Made by a program: the position numbers and the translations under genes. A model generated the notes under the pieces. That model did no database searches. It had not been told where the DNA came from and was given only the letters and a program-made list of their open reading frames with translations. Below, piece after piece: positions 18,444 through 28,067 of a DNA stretch of 64,000 nt; within the stretch, counting starts at the first letter, position 1, and each line of letters starts with the position of its first letter. Source of the stretch: Clostridia bacterium (GTDB taxonomy: Bacteria; Bacillota; Clostridia; TANB77; UBA1234); NCBI GenBank assembly GCA_017522765.1, contig JAFWYG010000005.1, positions 138,826 through 202,825 of the forward strand, given 5' to 3'.

Positions 18444-19172
18444 ATGAAAAAGTTTGGTTTACTATTATTAACTTTAGTTTTAACTATGCAATTTGGAGTG
18501 TGCTATGCACTTGGAATTGAGTACGATATTATACCTAAAGTTGAAGTATCAGGATTAAAAACTCCGTACAACTATACTGGAATTTTAGATACAGATGTTG
18601 AACTTACAAAAGAATCTAGATCTGTTGTAAACAAAGTTGAATGGGATCGTTTAGAAAATGGTACATATGTAGTTACAATTACAGTAAGACCTGGAGTATA
18701 TGTAAAATATGATGCTAGTACGATTGCAACAGTAAATGGTAATCCTGCTGATTATGTTAGAATAAACGATAAAAACTATTTAGAAATTGTTTATACATAT
18801 CCAGACACATCATTACCAACTGATGTAAACTCATCGGTAATGACTCATGTAATAACGGTATATTACACAAAGAATGGACAAATATCTCCAAATCCAATAC
18901 GTGCTCCTCATGGAAAGAACTTTACAGTTCAAATTATTCCTGATGAAGGTTTTGAAGTTAAAGATGTAGAAGTTGATGGCGAATCAGTTGGAGCTGTTAC
19001 AGAATACACTTTCAAAAAGGTAAAAGAAACTCACAAGATAAGAGCTTCTTTTAAGCCTATTGAGGGGTACGAAAAGGTAGAAGAACCAATTGAATTTGAT
19101 AGAGAAGCGGTTGATTGGGCTGTTGATTTGGTAAGAAGCATGTTACAATCTTTTGCTAGTATAAAGAGATAA
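18444..19172 (+). CDS. Secreted hypothetical protein (signal peptide MKKFGLLLLTLVLTMQFGVCYA)
   Basis: SD aaaggagg upstream; N-terminal signal peptide; no recognisable catalytic motif. Confidence 0.5.
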   Translation: MKKFGLLLLTLVLTMQFGVCYALGIEYDIIPKVEVSGLKTPYNYTGILDTDVELTKESRSVVNKVEWDRLENGTYVVTITVRPGVYVKYDASTIATVNGNPADYVRINDKNYLEIVYTYPDTSLPTDVNSSVMTHVITVYYTKNGQISPNPIRAPHGKNFTVQIIPDEGFEVKDVEVDGESVGAVTEYTFKKVKETHKIRASFKPIEGYEKVEEPIEFDREAVDWAVDLVRSMLQSFASIKR

Positions 19173-19206
19173 GTATTAATTAGATAAAAAAGGAAATAAT
19201 AAGTGT

Positions 19207-19716
19207 ATGATTACACTTATTATTTTTTTGTCCTTAATTATAATTATTTTTTTGAGCATATCAATTATAAAAGCTCCTATAACGTTTAAATTAAAAATTG
19301 TAAATGAAAATTTGGATTTTTATTACAAAGCGTTTTTCAAAGAAAGGCACATAAAAAATAAAGTCAATAACTTTGTAAAAAGTGGAAGCGCGGAGTTTGA
19401 TAAAAATATTTTGATGGATGTTTCGGAAGTGATTGATATAGAAAAATTTGATACTAATATTATAGTTGGTACTCCATTTATACATTTAACTAATTTAGGA
19501 GTTTTGTTTTTTAGCTATCTTATTCCAAGTATATATAGATTACCTTTTAGTAAAAAGAGTGGTCTACAATTTAAAGTTGTACCACAATATAACGAATGGA
19601 AGATTCAACTTTTGGTGGATGGGAAAATACGAGTTAGTGTTATTAGTATTATTTTGATTATTTATAAAATGAAACAAAGGTTGAAATCTAAAAAAGAACA
19701 AAAAGCAAATGCATAA
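19207..19716 (+). CDS. ytfI: Small membrane protein, YtfI-like (DUF2953-type) sporulation protein
   Basis: N-terminal TM; located directly upstream of the ytfJ/gerW homolog, as in the Bacillus ytfI-ytfJ operon. Assignment is mainly by synteny. Confidence 0.45.
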   Translation: MITLIIFLSLIIIIFLSISIIKAPITFKLKIVNENLDFYYKAFFKERHIKNKVNNFVKSGSAEFDKNILMDVSEVIDIEKFDTNIIVGTPFIHLTNLGVLFFSYLIPSIYRLPFSKKSGLQFKVVPQYNEWKIQLLVDGKIRVSVISIILIIYKMKQRLKSKKEQKANA

Positions 19717-19770
19717 ATTTTCTTTAGTTTATCCAAACTATATTTAAGAAAAATTAGGAGGTAAAATTAT

Positions 19771-20244
19771 ATGAGTGAGCATCCAATTGAAAATTTAATG
19801 AATACGGCAATGAGTAATTTGAAAGAAATGATTGATGTAAATACTATAGTGGGCGAGGCGATAGAAACAACAAATGGTACAGTTATTATACCTATTTCAA
19901 AAGTGAGTTTTGGTTTTGCGGCTGGTGGTAGCGAGTTTTCTGGAGAAACGGTAGATGCATATGAAAGAGAAGGTATTGACGAAGCAATAACATACAGATT
20001 ACCTTTTGGTGGTGGTAGTGGTGCAGGTGTAAATATTGTTCCGGTCGGTTTTGTTATTGTATCTGGAAGTGATGAAAATAAGTGTCCAAAATTTATTCCT
20101 GTAGATCACTGTAATGCTGTAGATAAACTTTTAGACTATGTTCCAAACTTACTAGATAAATTAGAAACAATGTTTAAAGAAAAAGGTCCAACTTTTTCAT
20201 ATAAATATTGTAAATGTGATGGAGAAGAGAAAAAAGAAGATTAA
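19771..20244 (+). CDS. ytfJ: Sporulation protein YtfJ / GerW family
   Basis: MSEHPIENLMNTAMSNLKEMIDVNTIVGEAIETTNGTVIIPISKVSFGFAAGGSEF matches the YtfJ/GerW family signature. Confidence 0.8.
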   Translation: MSEHPIENLMNTAMSNLKEMIDVNTIVGEAIETTNGTVIIPISKVSFGFAAGGSEFSGETVDAYEREGIDEAITYRLPFGGGSGAGVNIVPVGFVIVSGSDENKCPKFIPVDHCNAVDKLLDYVPNLLDKLETMFKEKGPTFSYKYCKCDGEEKKED

Positions 20245-20303
20245 GTTTTACAACGGGGACAGTCCTTGTTGTAAAAAATTTAACAAGAAGGGGTGTCCCC
20301 ATT

Positions 20304-20337
20304 AAAAAAAGTATCACGAAACCGTGATACTTTTTTT
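20304..20337. terminator. Bidirectional rho-independent terminator (A7-hairpin-T7) between ytfJ and the convergent small acidic protein gene
   Basis: aaaaaaa-gtatcacg-aaac-cgtgatac-ttttttt. Confidence 0.8.
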
Positions 20338-20359
20338 GTTTAACAAATTATTTCATATA

Positions 20360-20692
20360 TTATTTTTTGTTAAGAATCCAAACGATTGCAACGATTGCTA
20401 CAACTATAACAACAGCTATAACAGCACCAACTACAGCGCTACCGTTTCCTTCTGTTTCATGATCATGATCATGTTCTTCACCAGAAGTTTCAACAGTTTC
20501 ACCAGAAGTAGCTGGTTCTTCAGCAGCATCATCACCAGAAACTTCAACAGCTTCTTCGCCAGATGTCTCAACAACGTCTTCAGCAGCTACTGGAGCATCA
20601 GATGTTACAACTGCATCTGATTCTGTTGCAAATACGCAAGAAATAGTAAACATCATAACTAATGAAAGTAAAAGAGCTATTTTCTTTGCCAT
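20360..20692 (-). CDS. Small secreted acidic protein with C-terminal membrane anchor and HDHDHE motif
   Basis: The start was moved to MAKKIALLLSLVMMF, with SD ggagg 10 nt upstream. After the signal peptide, the mature part is Glu/Asp/Ser/Thr-rich, followed by the C-terminal hydrophobic stretch VVGAVIAVVIVVAIVAIVWIL. The overlapping + strand ORF 20324-20620 is judged spurious. Confidence 0.55.
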   Translation of the reverse strand: MAKKIALLLSLVMMFTISCVFATESDAVVTSDAPVAAEDVVETSGEEAVEVSGDDAAEEPATSGETVETSGEEHDHDHETEGNGSAVVGAVIAVVIVVAIVAIVWILNKK

Positions 20693-20803
20693 ATTAACCA
20701 TGCCTCCTCATTAAATTTGATAATTATATTTGATTAACTATCGGGCTTATTATATAATATAAAAAGCAAAATTGTCTATATTAAAATGAAATAAGAGGGA
20801 ACA

Positions 20804-21439
20804 ATGAGACTTAAAAAGATAAAAAACGCAAAAGAAACTGTTATACAGTCAAGTTATTATGTAGACGCTCCGCAAATGAATAAAGGTCATTGGAGTGAAG
20901 TTTTTGAAAATTTAAATCCAATTCATATAGAAGTTGGAATGGGAAAAGGAAGATTTATTATTGGGATGGCAGAAGCACATCCTGATATTAATTTTATAGG
21001 AATAGAAAAATACGATAGTGTTTTAGTTAAAGCAGTTAATACTTTAGAAGGAAAAGAAAAAATATCAAATTTAAAATTATTATTGTTTGATGCAGAAGGG
21101 ATTGAAGAAATTTTTGATAGAGAAGTTTCAAGAATATATTTGAACTTTTCAGATCCTTGGCCGAAGGCTAGACATGAAAAACGTAGACTTACAAGCGAAG
21201 TTTTTCTTAAAAAGTATGACAAAATTTTTAAAGATAAAAAAGAAATTTTTCAAAAAACAGATAACAGAGATTTCTTTGATTTTTCTTTAGAAAGTATTAA
21301 GAATTATGGTTATACAATAGATGAGTGCACTTATGATTTATATGCAGAAAATGATATTACAAATATTCCGACAGAATATGAAGAAAAATTTAATTCAGCT
21401 GGAATTAATATAAATAGATTGAAAGCGCATAAAGATTAA
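20804..21439 (+). CDS. trmB: tRNA (guanine46-N7)-methyltransferase
   Basis: HIEVGMGKGRFIIGMAEAHPDINFIGIE...IYLNFSDPWPK matches TrmB motifs. Confidence 0.85.
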   Translation: MRLKKIKNAKETVIQSSYYVDAPQMNKGHWSEVFENLNPIHIEVGMGKGRFIIGMAEAHPDINFIGIEKYDSVLVKAVNTLEGKEKISNLKLLLFDAEGIEEIFDREVSRIYLNFSDPWPKARHEKRRLTSEVFLKKYDKIFKDKKEIFQKTDNRDFFDFSLESIKNYGYTIDECTYDLYAENDITNIPTEYEEKFNSAGININRLKAHKD

Positions 21440-21457
21440 ACAAAGGAGAGGATTTGC

Positions 21458-22648
21458 ATGGATGCAAAAAAATTGAAATTGTTGAAAGTTGCAGCGGTTG
21501 TTATTTTTATATTATTAGGATTTTCGCTTGTTACGACATATCTTCGTATGGCAGAAGTCGAAGAAGAATTGAAACTTGGAAAGATTAAAAATAATAATAC
21601 TTCATTTGTAGTTTATGGTGATGAAAGATTTTATTTTTCTAGTGAGATTGTCGATGGAAAACCTTCATTTAAATTAATTAATAGAAACGAAGAGTCTGAT
21701 ACTGAAAAGGTTATACAAAATTATGCAAACATTTATACAGATAGTGAAATACTAGCTAAAGATAATAAAATTTTTTATTATACAGGCGACAATACATATG
21801 TATATGATATAGCTACTGGAAAGATAACTTTATTTGCGGAAGGTAAAATGCAAGACTTAACAGATGAATGGTATATAACTTTATACGAGGGAGTTTTATA
21901 TAAGGGTATATATTATCACAATACTATGAATACAAAGGAAAGATATCCACTTACAAGTGATGGCGAGGTACAATACGCATATCAAGACGATAACAACTTA
22001 TATTATATTGCTAGAACTTCTAAAAATTATTATGCTCTAATTGGTCTTAACAAAACGGATTTAACGATAACAGTATATGATACAGTACAAGGTTATGACG
22101 AAAATTATACTCAAGTATATTCAAATAATGAATACATTTTTACTTTAGTTAACTATACTAATGATTCATCACAATACGCTCTTAGAATAATAAGAAAAAG
22201 TGACAAGAAAGATAAATGGGATGTAAAAATTGAAAAGGGTGCATATTCATATGTTTTCTTAAATGAAGAATTTATTACAGATCCAACACTTCTTGATGAA
22301 AATATCTATATGTTACGTTTTAAGACAAATGATTCTGGAGAAAAACTTCAAGATGCATATGTGAAATTTGATTTGAGTGCTGAAGAAATATCATTAGAAA
22401 AACCAGAATTAACACCTTTATGTGTGTATGAATATTCAGCAGAAATAAAAGGCGCACAATTAATTATATATAAAGACAACAAAGAGATTAATAAAGTAAC
22501 ATTGAGTGGTTTAAAAGAAGGAACCCTTCAAATAACAAATGTTTATCAAATCGATGGAGAAACTTATTACAAAGTATTAACAGATCCACAAAGAAGGATT
22601 TCAACATATATAAAAGTTGATTCAGAAAATAATGCTGAGATATATTAA
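21458..22648 (+). CDS. Membrane-anchored hypothetical protein (Tyr/Asn-rich, likely beta-rich extracellular domain)
   Basis: SD aaaggagagg upstream; N-terminal TM; no recognisable motif. A bidirectional terminator follows. Confidence 0.5.
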   Translation: MDAKKLKLLKVAAVVIFILLGFSLVTTYLRMAEVEEELKLGKIKNNNTSFVVYGDERFYFSSEIVDGKPSFKLINRNEESDTEKVIQNYANIYTDSEILAKDNKIFYYTGDNTYVYDIATGKITLFAEGKMQDLTDEWYITLYEGVLYKGIYYHNTMNTKERYPLTSDGEVQYAYQDDNNLYYIARTSKNYYALIGLNKTDLTITVYDTVQGYDENYTQVYSNNEYIFTLVNYTNDSSQYALRIIRKSDKKDKWDVKIEKGAYSYVFLNEEFITDPTLLDENIYMLRFKTNDSGEKLQDAYVKFDLSAEEISLEKPELTPLCVYEYSAEIKGAQLIIYKDNKEINKVTLSGLKEGTLQITNVYQIDGETYYKVLTDPQRRISTYIKVDSENNAEIY

Positions 22649-22650
22649 TA

Positions 22651-22684
22651 AAAAAGCTTGTCATTTTTGACAAGCTTTTTATTT
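22651..22684. terminator. Bidirectional rho-independent terminator
   Basis: aaaaagcttgtca-tttt-tgacaagcttttt, a perfect 13-bp stem. Confidence 0.85.
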
Positions 22685-24378
22685 TATTTAATTTCAATAC
22701 AATAAATTCTTTTTCCTCTAGTGCCGATTATTATTTTGTTGTCGTATATCGCAGGAGAACCTTCTATGTTTCCGCCACCAGTATTTAATGTATATAAAGT
22801 TTCACCAGTTAATGCATCTATTAATAATAGTTGACCATGTGCGTTACCAAATATGATGTAAGCATCTCCAGTTTTGGTATATATAGCAACTGGTGAACTC
22901 CATGAGTAGTAAGGCAAATTCTTTTCCCAAATTACTGAGCCATCTTCTTTATTTAAAGCGACCATTTTACCGTTTATAAATGAAGTGACTTTTGAAAAGT
23001 TGAATATCACCATATTTGAAATCTTACCTTTGCCAACAATAGGAGTAGATAGAATACCACCGTTAACATTTGAGTCATATTTACAATTTAAAGAATATTC
23101 CCAAATAACTTCGCCGGTGTATCCGTCTATTTTTCTTGCATAAGCAGGAGCGTCTTGCAGTTGTCTATCTACTTCTGAACCAGCATATAACATTACTTTG
23201 TTATTTTCTTCTTCAAGCACAATTGTAGAATCACAATCATCGCCCATATTATAATTCCAAACAACAGATAAATTATTTAAATCGATACATTGAATAATTC
23301 CATTATTATTCATAAAGTACGCATAGTGATTAAATACTGTGATTGAGTTTTCGATACCGCCGGCTTTGCCATACGTTGATGTGCGTAGGCGAGTAATAAT
23401 TGGATTAATAGAAATTGTTCCTGCAAGTTTATTATAGTTTGTATTTAACTTTACGATATAAACTAAACCGTTTTCTCCGGGAAGTATCATAGTATCTGTT
23501 TTTGAATCAATTAATGGGTTCCCGTCAAATGCACCCCAACCAAGATATGCATATGGGTCACGACCATTAATAAATAAAAGTTCTTGTCCATCTATCAAAC
23601 TAAAAATATGATATCCCATTTTCACAGATTCGCCACTTACTTCGTTTATACCTTGTCCGACATAAAGTAAAGGATAACCTCGCGGATCTATAGTTACACT
23701 TCCTTTTATCGAACTTGGTACTTCGATTGGATCACGTGACGGATGTCCTGTTTCTAAATCATAAAAGTGAATTTTACTATCTAATGCGCCATAAACGACT
23801 TCGATAAAATTTTCTTTATTTATAAATTCTTCATATAAATTCATATGAATTCTAGTTTCTTCAGGCCACTTAATTATTGCGGGTTGTCCGTTCCAACCAA
23901 CACCAGTCCAATTATCTGTTTGGCCAATCACATTTGTCCAAACTTTTGAGAGTTTCTTTTCTGAAACATCTAATTCTCCATAAAAAGCAGAGTCTCTGTA
24001 ATTGTTTCCTCTAAATGTTGTAACACCTTCGACAAGATTATAGTCTTTTGAATTTGTTAAAATAATTTCGCCAGAATAAGTTCCTGTAGGATTAGTTGTT
24101 TGAAAAGAACTTACATGTGGTAAAACATTTTTTATTAAACTTAAATCTATATCAGATATTTTGTTTTCTACTTTTGGAGGAATATCGTTAGACGGCGAAC
24201 CGTTATCTGAGTCACCAGAGCTTACAATTGCAGGTAAGATAGTTGGTGTAATAGTATTTAATTTTTTTGTTGTATTTATTATAACTAAACATGGATATAT
24301 CAAAAAAATTACAAGTAAAGTTGTAAGAATATATACCAGTTTGAGTTCAGTATTATTTTCTTTTTCTGTATGATTCAT
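22684..24378 (-). CDS. Membrane-anchored PQQ-like beta-propeller repeat protein
   Basis: N-terminal TM, followed by repeated ...G.VYAGS.DG.LYA.D..TG...W-type blades (e.g. GNAHGQLLLIDALTGETLY, DGYTGEVIWEY, EDGSVIWEKNL). Confidence 0.6.
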   Translation of the reverse strand: MNHTEKENNTELKLVYILTTLLVIFLIYPCLVIINTTKKLNTITPTILPAIVSSGDSDNGSPSNDIPPKVENKISDIDLSLIKNVLPHVSSFQTTNPTGTYSGEIILTNSKDYNLVEGVTTFRGNNYRDSAFYGELDVSEKKLSKVWTNVIGQTDNWTGVGWNGQPAIIKWPEETRIHMNLYEEFINKENFIEVVYGALDSKIHFYDLETGHPSRDPIEVPSSIKGSVTIDPRGYPLLYVGQGINEVSGESVKMGYHIFSLIDGQELLFINGRDPYAYLGWGAFDGNPLIDSKTDTMILPGENGLVYIVKLNTNYNKLAGTISINPIITRLRTSTYGKAGGIENSITVFNHYAYFMNNNGIIQCIDLNNLSVVWNYNMGDDCDSTIVLEEENNKVMLYAGSEVDRQLQDAPAYARKIDGYTGEVIWEYSLNCKYDSNVNGGILSTPIVGKGKISNMVIFNFSKVTSFINGKMVALNKEDGSVIWEKNLPYYSWSSPVAIYTKTGDAYIIFGNAHGQLLLIDALTGETLYTLNTGGGNIEGSPAIYDNKIIIGTRGKRIYCIEIK

Positions 24379-24443
24379 TTTTTTCTCCTTTTGCAGTAGA
24401 TATGATATACGAAAAATGTAAAAATATCAACGTTTATGACAAA

Positions 24444-24476
24444 TAAAAACTGCCGGGTCAAAGTGACCCGACAGCC
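24444..24476 (-). terminator. GC-rich rho-independent terminator of the ABC transporter gene
   Basis: On the minus strand, the stem cggctgtcgggtca/tgacccggcag is followed by a T-run, which reads as aaaaa on the + strand. Confidence 0.65.
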
Positions 24477-24483
24477 GCGTGTG

Positions 24484-26304
24484 TTAATTTACCGATGCAA
24501 CAGTATAAGTGTTGATGCCGGTAGGAGTGAAGGACAGTTGTTTAGTTGCTACTCGTTTGCACACCTCGATTTGGTGTGTGGAGAATAGTACAAGTTTGTC
24601 CTTGCAGTAACTTGCAATGAACTGCAACACCTGGTAGGCGATATCGTCATTGAGATTGTTAGTAGCTTCGTCAAAAGCAACAATCTGGATATCGTCACTG
24701 AGGTTGTACAAAGTTCTTGCGATTGCAAGTCTTTGAAGTTGTCCCGCAGAGAAATGCGTTTTGGTAGTAGAGTTTAAAAGTGCGAAGACATCATCATTCT
24801 TCTGGGAGAACTCATCAAGGAGATGTAGATTTTCCAGAATATAGAGAAGTTTCTCACGATCGTACTCAGGCTTACCCAAAGTGATTTCTGACAAGAGTGT
24901 TTTGGTTCCCATGGCGAGGTACACTTGATGCATGATGGATTTGGCAACACCTTCGCTTTCAGTTTCAATGGTAGGCTCAAACTTATCGGAATAAGTATTC
25001 TGAGTAACCAAGCTAAGAAGCGTTGTTTTACCAGCACCGGTTGCACCGGTGAACATTACAAAGTCGCCACAAACCAGTTGGATAGTTTGTTCGTTGATGA
25101 GTGTAAACGCTCGATTGCCGCCATCTGCTTTGTGCTGCACCTCAAAAGGATTTACGGTGAAAGTAATAAGCTTACTTGCCTTAGCGTCTTGCTTATTTTT
25201 TTCCACTTCGTAAACTGCCATGATAGCATTGAAGTCATCGATACGAATTTTTTCTTCTTCTTGAATCTCACGATAATCATAGAAGATGTCTACGAGAGAG
25301 CCAGAACGTCTGAGCACTTGGTTATAGATTGCAACAAGTGCGATTGCACTTGTGAGCGTTTCGAGGTTAGCATTCATGATGCCATTCTCTAAAAGCGTAA
25401 TTGCAATAATACCAAAGGTAACGAAGGTTAATAATACGCTCTCAATAATTCGGAAGATGTTTACCTCATGCTGAGTAGTGCGCCTTAAGTTGAAGCCCTC
25501 TGAACTAGACTTTACAAAGTTATCAATCATAAACTTCGCGTGATCGGTGTTGAAAGGTTCAACCTGAAGGATGTCTTGCAGTGCATTTTCACTAAGCAGC
25601 GACGCTTTACGAGATGCTCCGCGTCTTTTGTTTCTAATGGATACCCATTTGAAACTGAACAGCACTTTGATGCCTACACCAATAAGTGTAATAAGGTAAA
25701 ACACGAGTGTGTTTTTGACCTCAACATTAGTAACTATCACGAAGCCGATTAGCATTATTGCAGTAGATAGTACCTTGATGGCGTTTTTGAACCAAAATAG
25801 CTGCTTACTCCAGAGGAGCTGGACGTACTTTCGTAGCGTCGTCAGGATTTCGTTCGAGGTCATTTTCTCGTCGAAACCGTGTTCTTCATTGCGCTTGGTG
25901 ACTTTGCCCTTTACCAGGAATAAAATGTTGCCAGCAACTTTTCCAAGTTGAATGAGCTCAGCTTCTTCATAGATAAGCATTTGCTCTGAAAACAACGACT
26001 GGAAGAAAGCGCTTAGCGGATCTCTTGCGTGGTACAACCCAAAGATAATGAGTGCACCGATGATCACACCTTCAACAATGAGCGATTTGCTCAGCTGGAG
26101 AAGGAAGGACGTTGCGTCCATGATCATTGTTTCTGCAGCGTGTGCTAGAAGCAGGAAAAGAAAGATTTTTACCAGCTCTTTAGGAAACCGCAGAATAGGG
26201 AACTTTTGCTGAACTTGCTGTTTTTGCACTTTGGAATCACTCCTTTCAAAGATTTGTGCAAAGATTTCGATATGGTAAAAAGACACCATATCACCTAAAC
26301 TCAT
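24484..26304 (-). CDS. ABC transporter, fused permease/ATP-binding protein (exporter type)
   Basis: N-terminal TM domain. The C-terminal NBD has Walker A GATGAGKTTLL, signature LSAGQLQRLAIAR and Walker B IVAFDEAT. GC is visibly higher (~40-45% by eye) than the flanking genes. The true start may be the second Met (MVSFYH). Confidence 0.8.
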   Translation of the reverse strand: MSLGDMVSFYHIEIFAQIFERSDSKVQKQQVQQKFPILRFPKELVKIFLFLLLAHAAETMIMDATSFLLQLSKSLIVEGVIIGALIIFGLYHARDPLSAFFQSLFSEQMLIYEEAELIQLGKVAGNILFLVKGKVTKRNEEHGFDEKMTSNEILTTLRKYVQLLWSKQLFWFKNAIKVLSTAIMLIGFVIVTNVEVKNTLVFYLITLIGVGIKVLFSFKWVSIRNKRRGASRKASLLSENALQDILQVEPFNTDHAKFMIDNFVKSSSEGFNLRRTTQHEVNIFRIIESVLLTFVTFGIIAITLLENGIMNANLETLTSAIALVAIYNQVLRRSGSLVDIFYDYREIQEEEKIRIDDFNAIMAVYEVEKNKQDAKASKLITFTVNPFEVQHKADGGNRAFTLINEQTIQLVCGDFVMFTGATGAGKTTLLSLVTQNTYSDKFEPTIETESEGVAKSIMHQVYLAMGTKTLLSEITLGKPEYDREKLLYILENLHLLDEFSQKNDDVFALLNSTTKTHFSAGQLQRLAIARTLYNLSDDIQIVAFDEATNNLNDDIAYQVLQFIASYCKDKLVLFSTHQIEVCKRVATKQLSFTPTGINTYTVASVN

Positions 26305-26494
26305 ATAGTTTTGGCAATAATATTATACCACAAAAACAAATTTATGTAAACGTAAATAACTAGGGAAATAAGGATTTGCCGGTATCTTTGATAAAATTTA
26401 ACACTTTCTTCCTTTTTTATGTATTCTGTGATATAATACTTGAGAATTCGGGCAAAAGAGAGTTTTTGCTCAAAATAATACATGGAGGAAATAT

Positions 26495-27355
26495 ATGATA
26501 ATTTCTGATAAATGGAAAGATTATGAAATTTTAGATATGGCTAATGGTGAAAAGCTTGAAAGATGGGGAAATATCGTGCTTATAAGACCTGATCCGCAAA
26601 TTGTTTGGGGGAATAAACACAATCCTGCATTATGGAAAAAAGCAAATGCTCATTATCACAGAAGTAAATCTGGTGGTGGTGAATGGGAATATATCAAGAA
26701 TGTTCCAAAGTCATGGCAAATTAAATATAAAAACTTAACTTTTAATTTAAAACCTATGGGATTCAAGCATACAGGGTTATTCCCAGAGCAAGCTGTTAAT
26801 TGGGACTTTATGATGAATAAAATTAAAGATGCGAAGAGACCTATTAAAGTCTTAAACTTATTTGCTTACACTGGCGGAGCTACTGTTGCGTGTGCATCAG
26901 CGGGAGCTTCTGTATGTCATGTTGATTCTTCAAAAGGTATGACTGCATGGGCAAAAGAAAATGTTGCATCATCTGGTCTTGCTGATAGACCAGTTAGATT
27001 CATTATTGATGATGTTAATAAATTTGTTCAAAGAGAAATTAGAAGAGGTAATAGATACGATGCTATCGTTATGGATCCACCTTCATATGGACGTGGTGCA
27101 AATGGAGAGGTTTGGAATATTGAAGAAGATTTAGACCCGCTTATTAAACTTTGTACACAAGTTTTATCTGATCAGCCGTTATTCTTTTTAATAAATTCAT
27201 ATACAACAGGTCTTTCGCCAAATATTCTTGCAAATTTACTTAAAATGAACATTAAGAAAAAAGGCAAAATTAGTTGTGGTGAAGTAGGTTTGCCAATGAA
27301 AGATAGTGACATTGTATTACCTTGTGGTATTTATGGTAGATGGGAGAGTATCTAA
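26495..27355 (+). CDS. Class I SAM-dependent RNA methyltransferase (RlmI/RlmK-like catalytic domain)
   Basis: VLNLFAYTGGATVACASAGA (motif I) ... DAIVMDPPSYGRG (DPPxY/F motif IV). SD ggagg upstream. Confidence 0.6.
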   Translation: MIISDKWKDYEILDMANGEKLERWGNIVLIRPDPQIVWGNKHNPALWKKANAHYHRSKSGGGEWEYIKNVPKSWQIKYKNLTFNLKPMGFKHTGLFPEQAVNWDFMMNKIKDAKRPIKVLNLFAYTGGATVACASAGASVCHVDSSKGMTAWAKENVASSGLADRPVRFIIDDVNKFVQREIRRGNRYDAIVMDPPSYGRGANGEVWNIEEDLDPLIKLCTQVLSDQPLFFLINSYTTGLSPNILANLLKMNIKKKGKISCGEVGLPMKDSDIVLPCGIYGRWESI

Positions 27356-28020
27356 TGCTTAACGTTATTTATGAAGATAATCATATAATCGTTGTAGAAA
27401 AACCTTGTAATGTACCTTCACAAGCAGACAAGACTACAGATGAAGACATGCTTACACTTGTGAAATCATATATAAAAGAAAAATATCAAAAACCAGGAGA
27501 AGTATACTTAGGTTTAGTACATAGATTAGATAGGCCTGTTGGTGGAATTATGGTTTTTGCAAGAACATCAAAAGGAGCTTCAAGACTTTCAGAAGCAATT
27601 AGAACAAATAATTTTTCTAAGAAATATTTAGCTGTTGTTAATGGAACTTTTGATAATAAAACAGGTTCGTTTGAAGATTATTTATTTAAAGATGAAGCTT
27701 TAAATAAAAGTAAAGTAGTTTCAAAAGATAAAAAGGGAGCTAAACTTGCAAAACTTTCATACGAAGTTATTGGTGAAGCAAACGGAAACTCGTTGGTGAA
27801 GATAAATTTAGAAACCGGACGTCATCATCAAATTAGAGTTCAATTTTCAAATGCAGGACATGCTTTGGTTGGAGATCAAAAATACGGTAAATCTAATCCA
27901 GGTGTACAAATAGCTTTGTGGGCATATGAATTAGAATTTAAACATCCAACAAAAGATGAAATAATGAAATTTAATTGTTATCCAAAAAAGGTTGGCCCGT
28001 GGGCAGAGTTTGAATATTAA
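27355..28020 (+). CDS. RluA-family pseudouridine synthase
   Basis: HRLDRPVGGIMVFARTSKGASRL ... GRHHQIRVQF. The start was placed at the ATG overlapping the upstream stop (taATG), with SD gggagag 8 nt upstream. Confidence 0.75.
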   Translation: MLNVIYEDNHIIVVEKPCNVPSQADKTTDEDMLTLVKSYIKEKYQKPGEVYLGLVHRLDRPVGGIMVFARTSKGASRLSEAIRTNNFSKKYLAVVNGTFDNKTGSFEDYLFKDEALNKSKVVSKDKKGAKLAKLSYEVIGEANGNSLVKINLETGRHHQIRVQFSNAGHALVGDQKYGKSNPGVQIALWAYELEFKHPTKDEIMKFNCYPKKVGPWAEFEY

Positions 28021-28027
28021 AATTTAA

Positions 28028-28067
28028 AGTGTCCAAAGATGGGTGTTCCACTTGGACACTTTTTTTG
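28028..28067 (+). terminator. Rho-independent terminator
   Basis: agtgtccaaag-atgggtgttcca-cttggacact-ttttttt. Confidence 0.8.

Noticed and set aside
20324-20620. + strand 98-aa ORF overlapping the small acidic protein gene
   Set aside because: Its translation is a low-complexity Asn/Ser/Phe-rich string. The minus-strand frame has an SD, a signal peptide and a C-terminal anchor.
24774-25752. Several + strand ORFs (24925-25392, 25540-25752, 25709-25951) and a minus ORF (24774-25046) inside the ABC transporter gene
   Set aside because: They overlap a long ORF with unmistakable ABC NBD motifs on the minus strand. Elevated GC in this gene inflates spurious ORFs.
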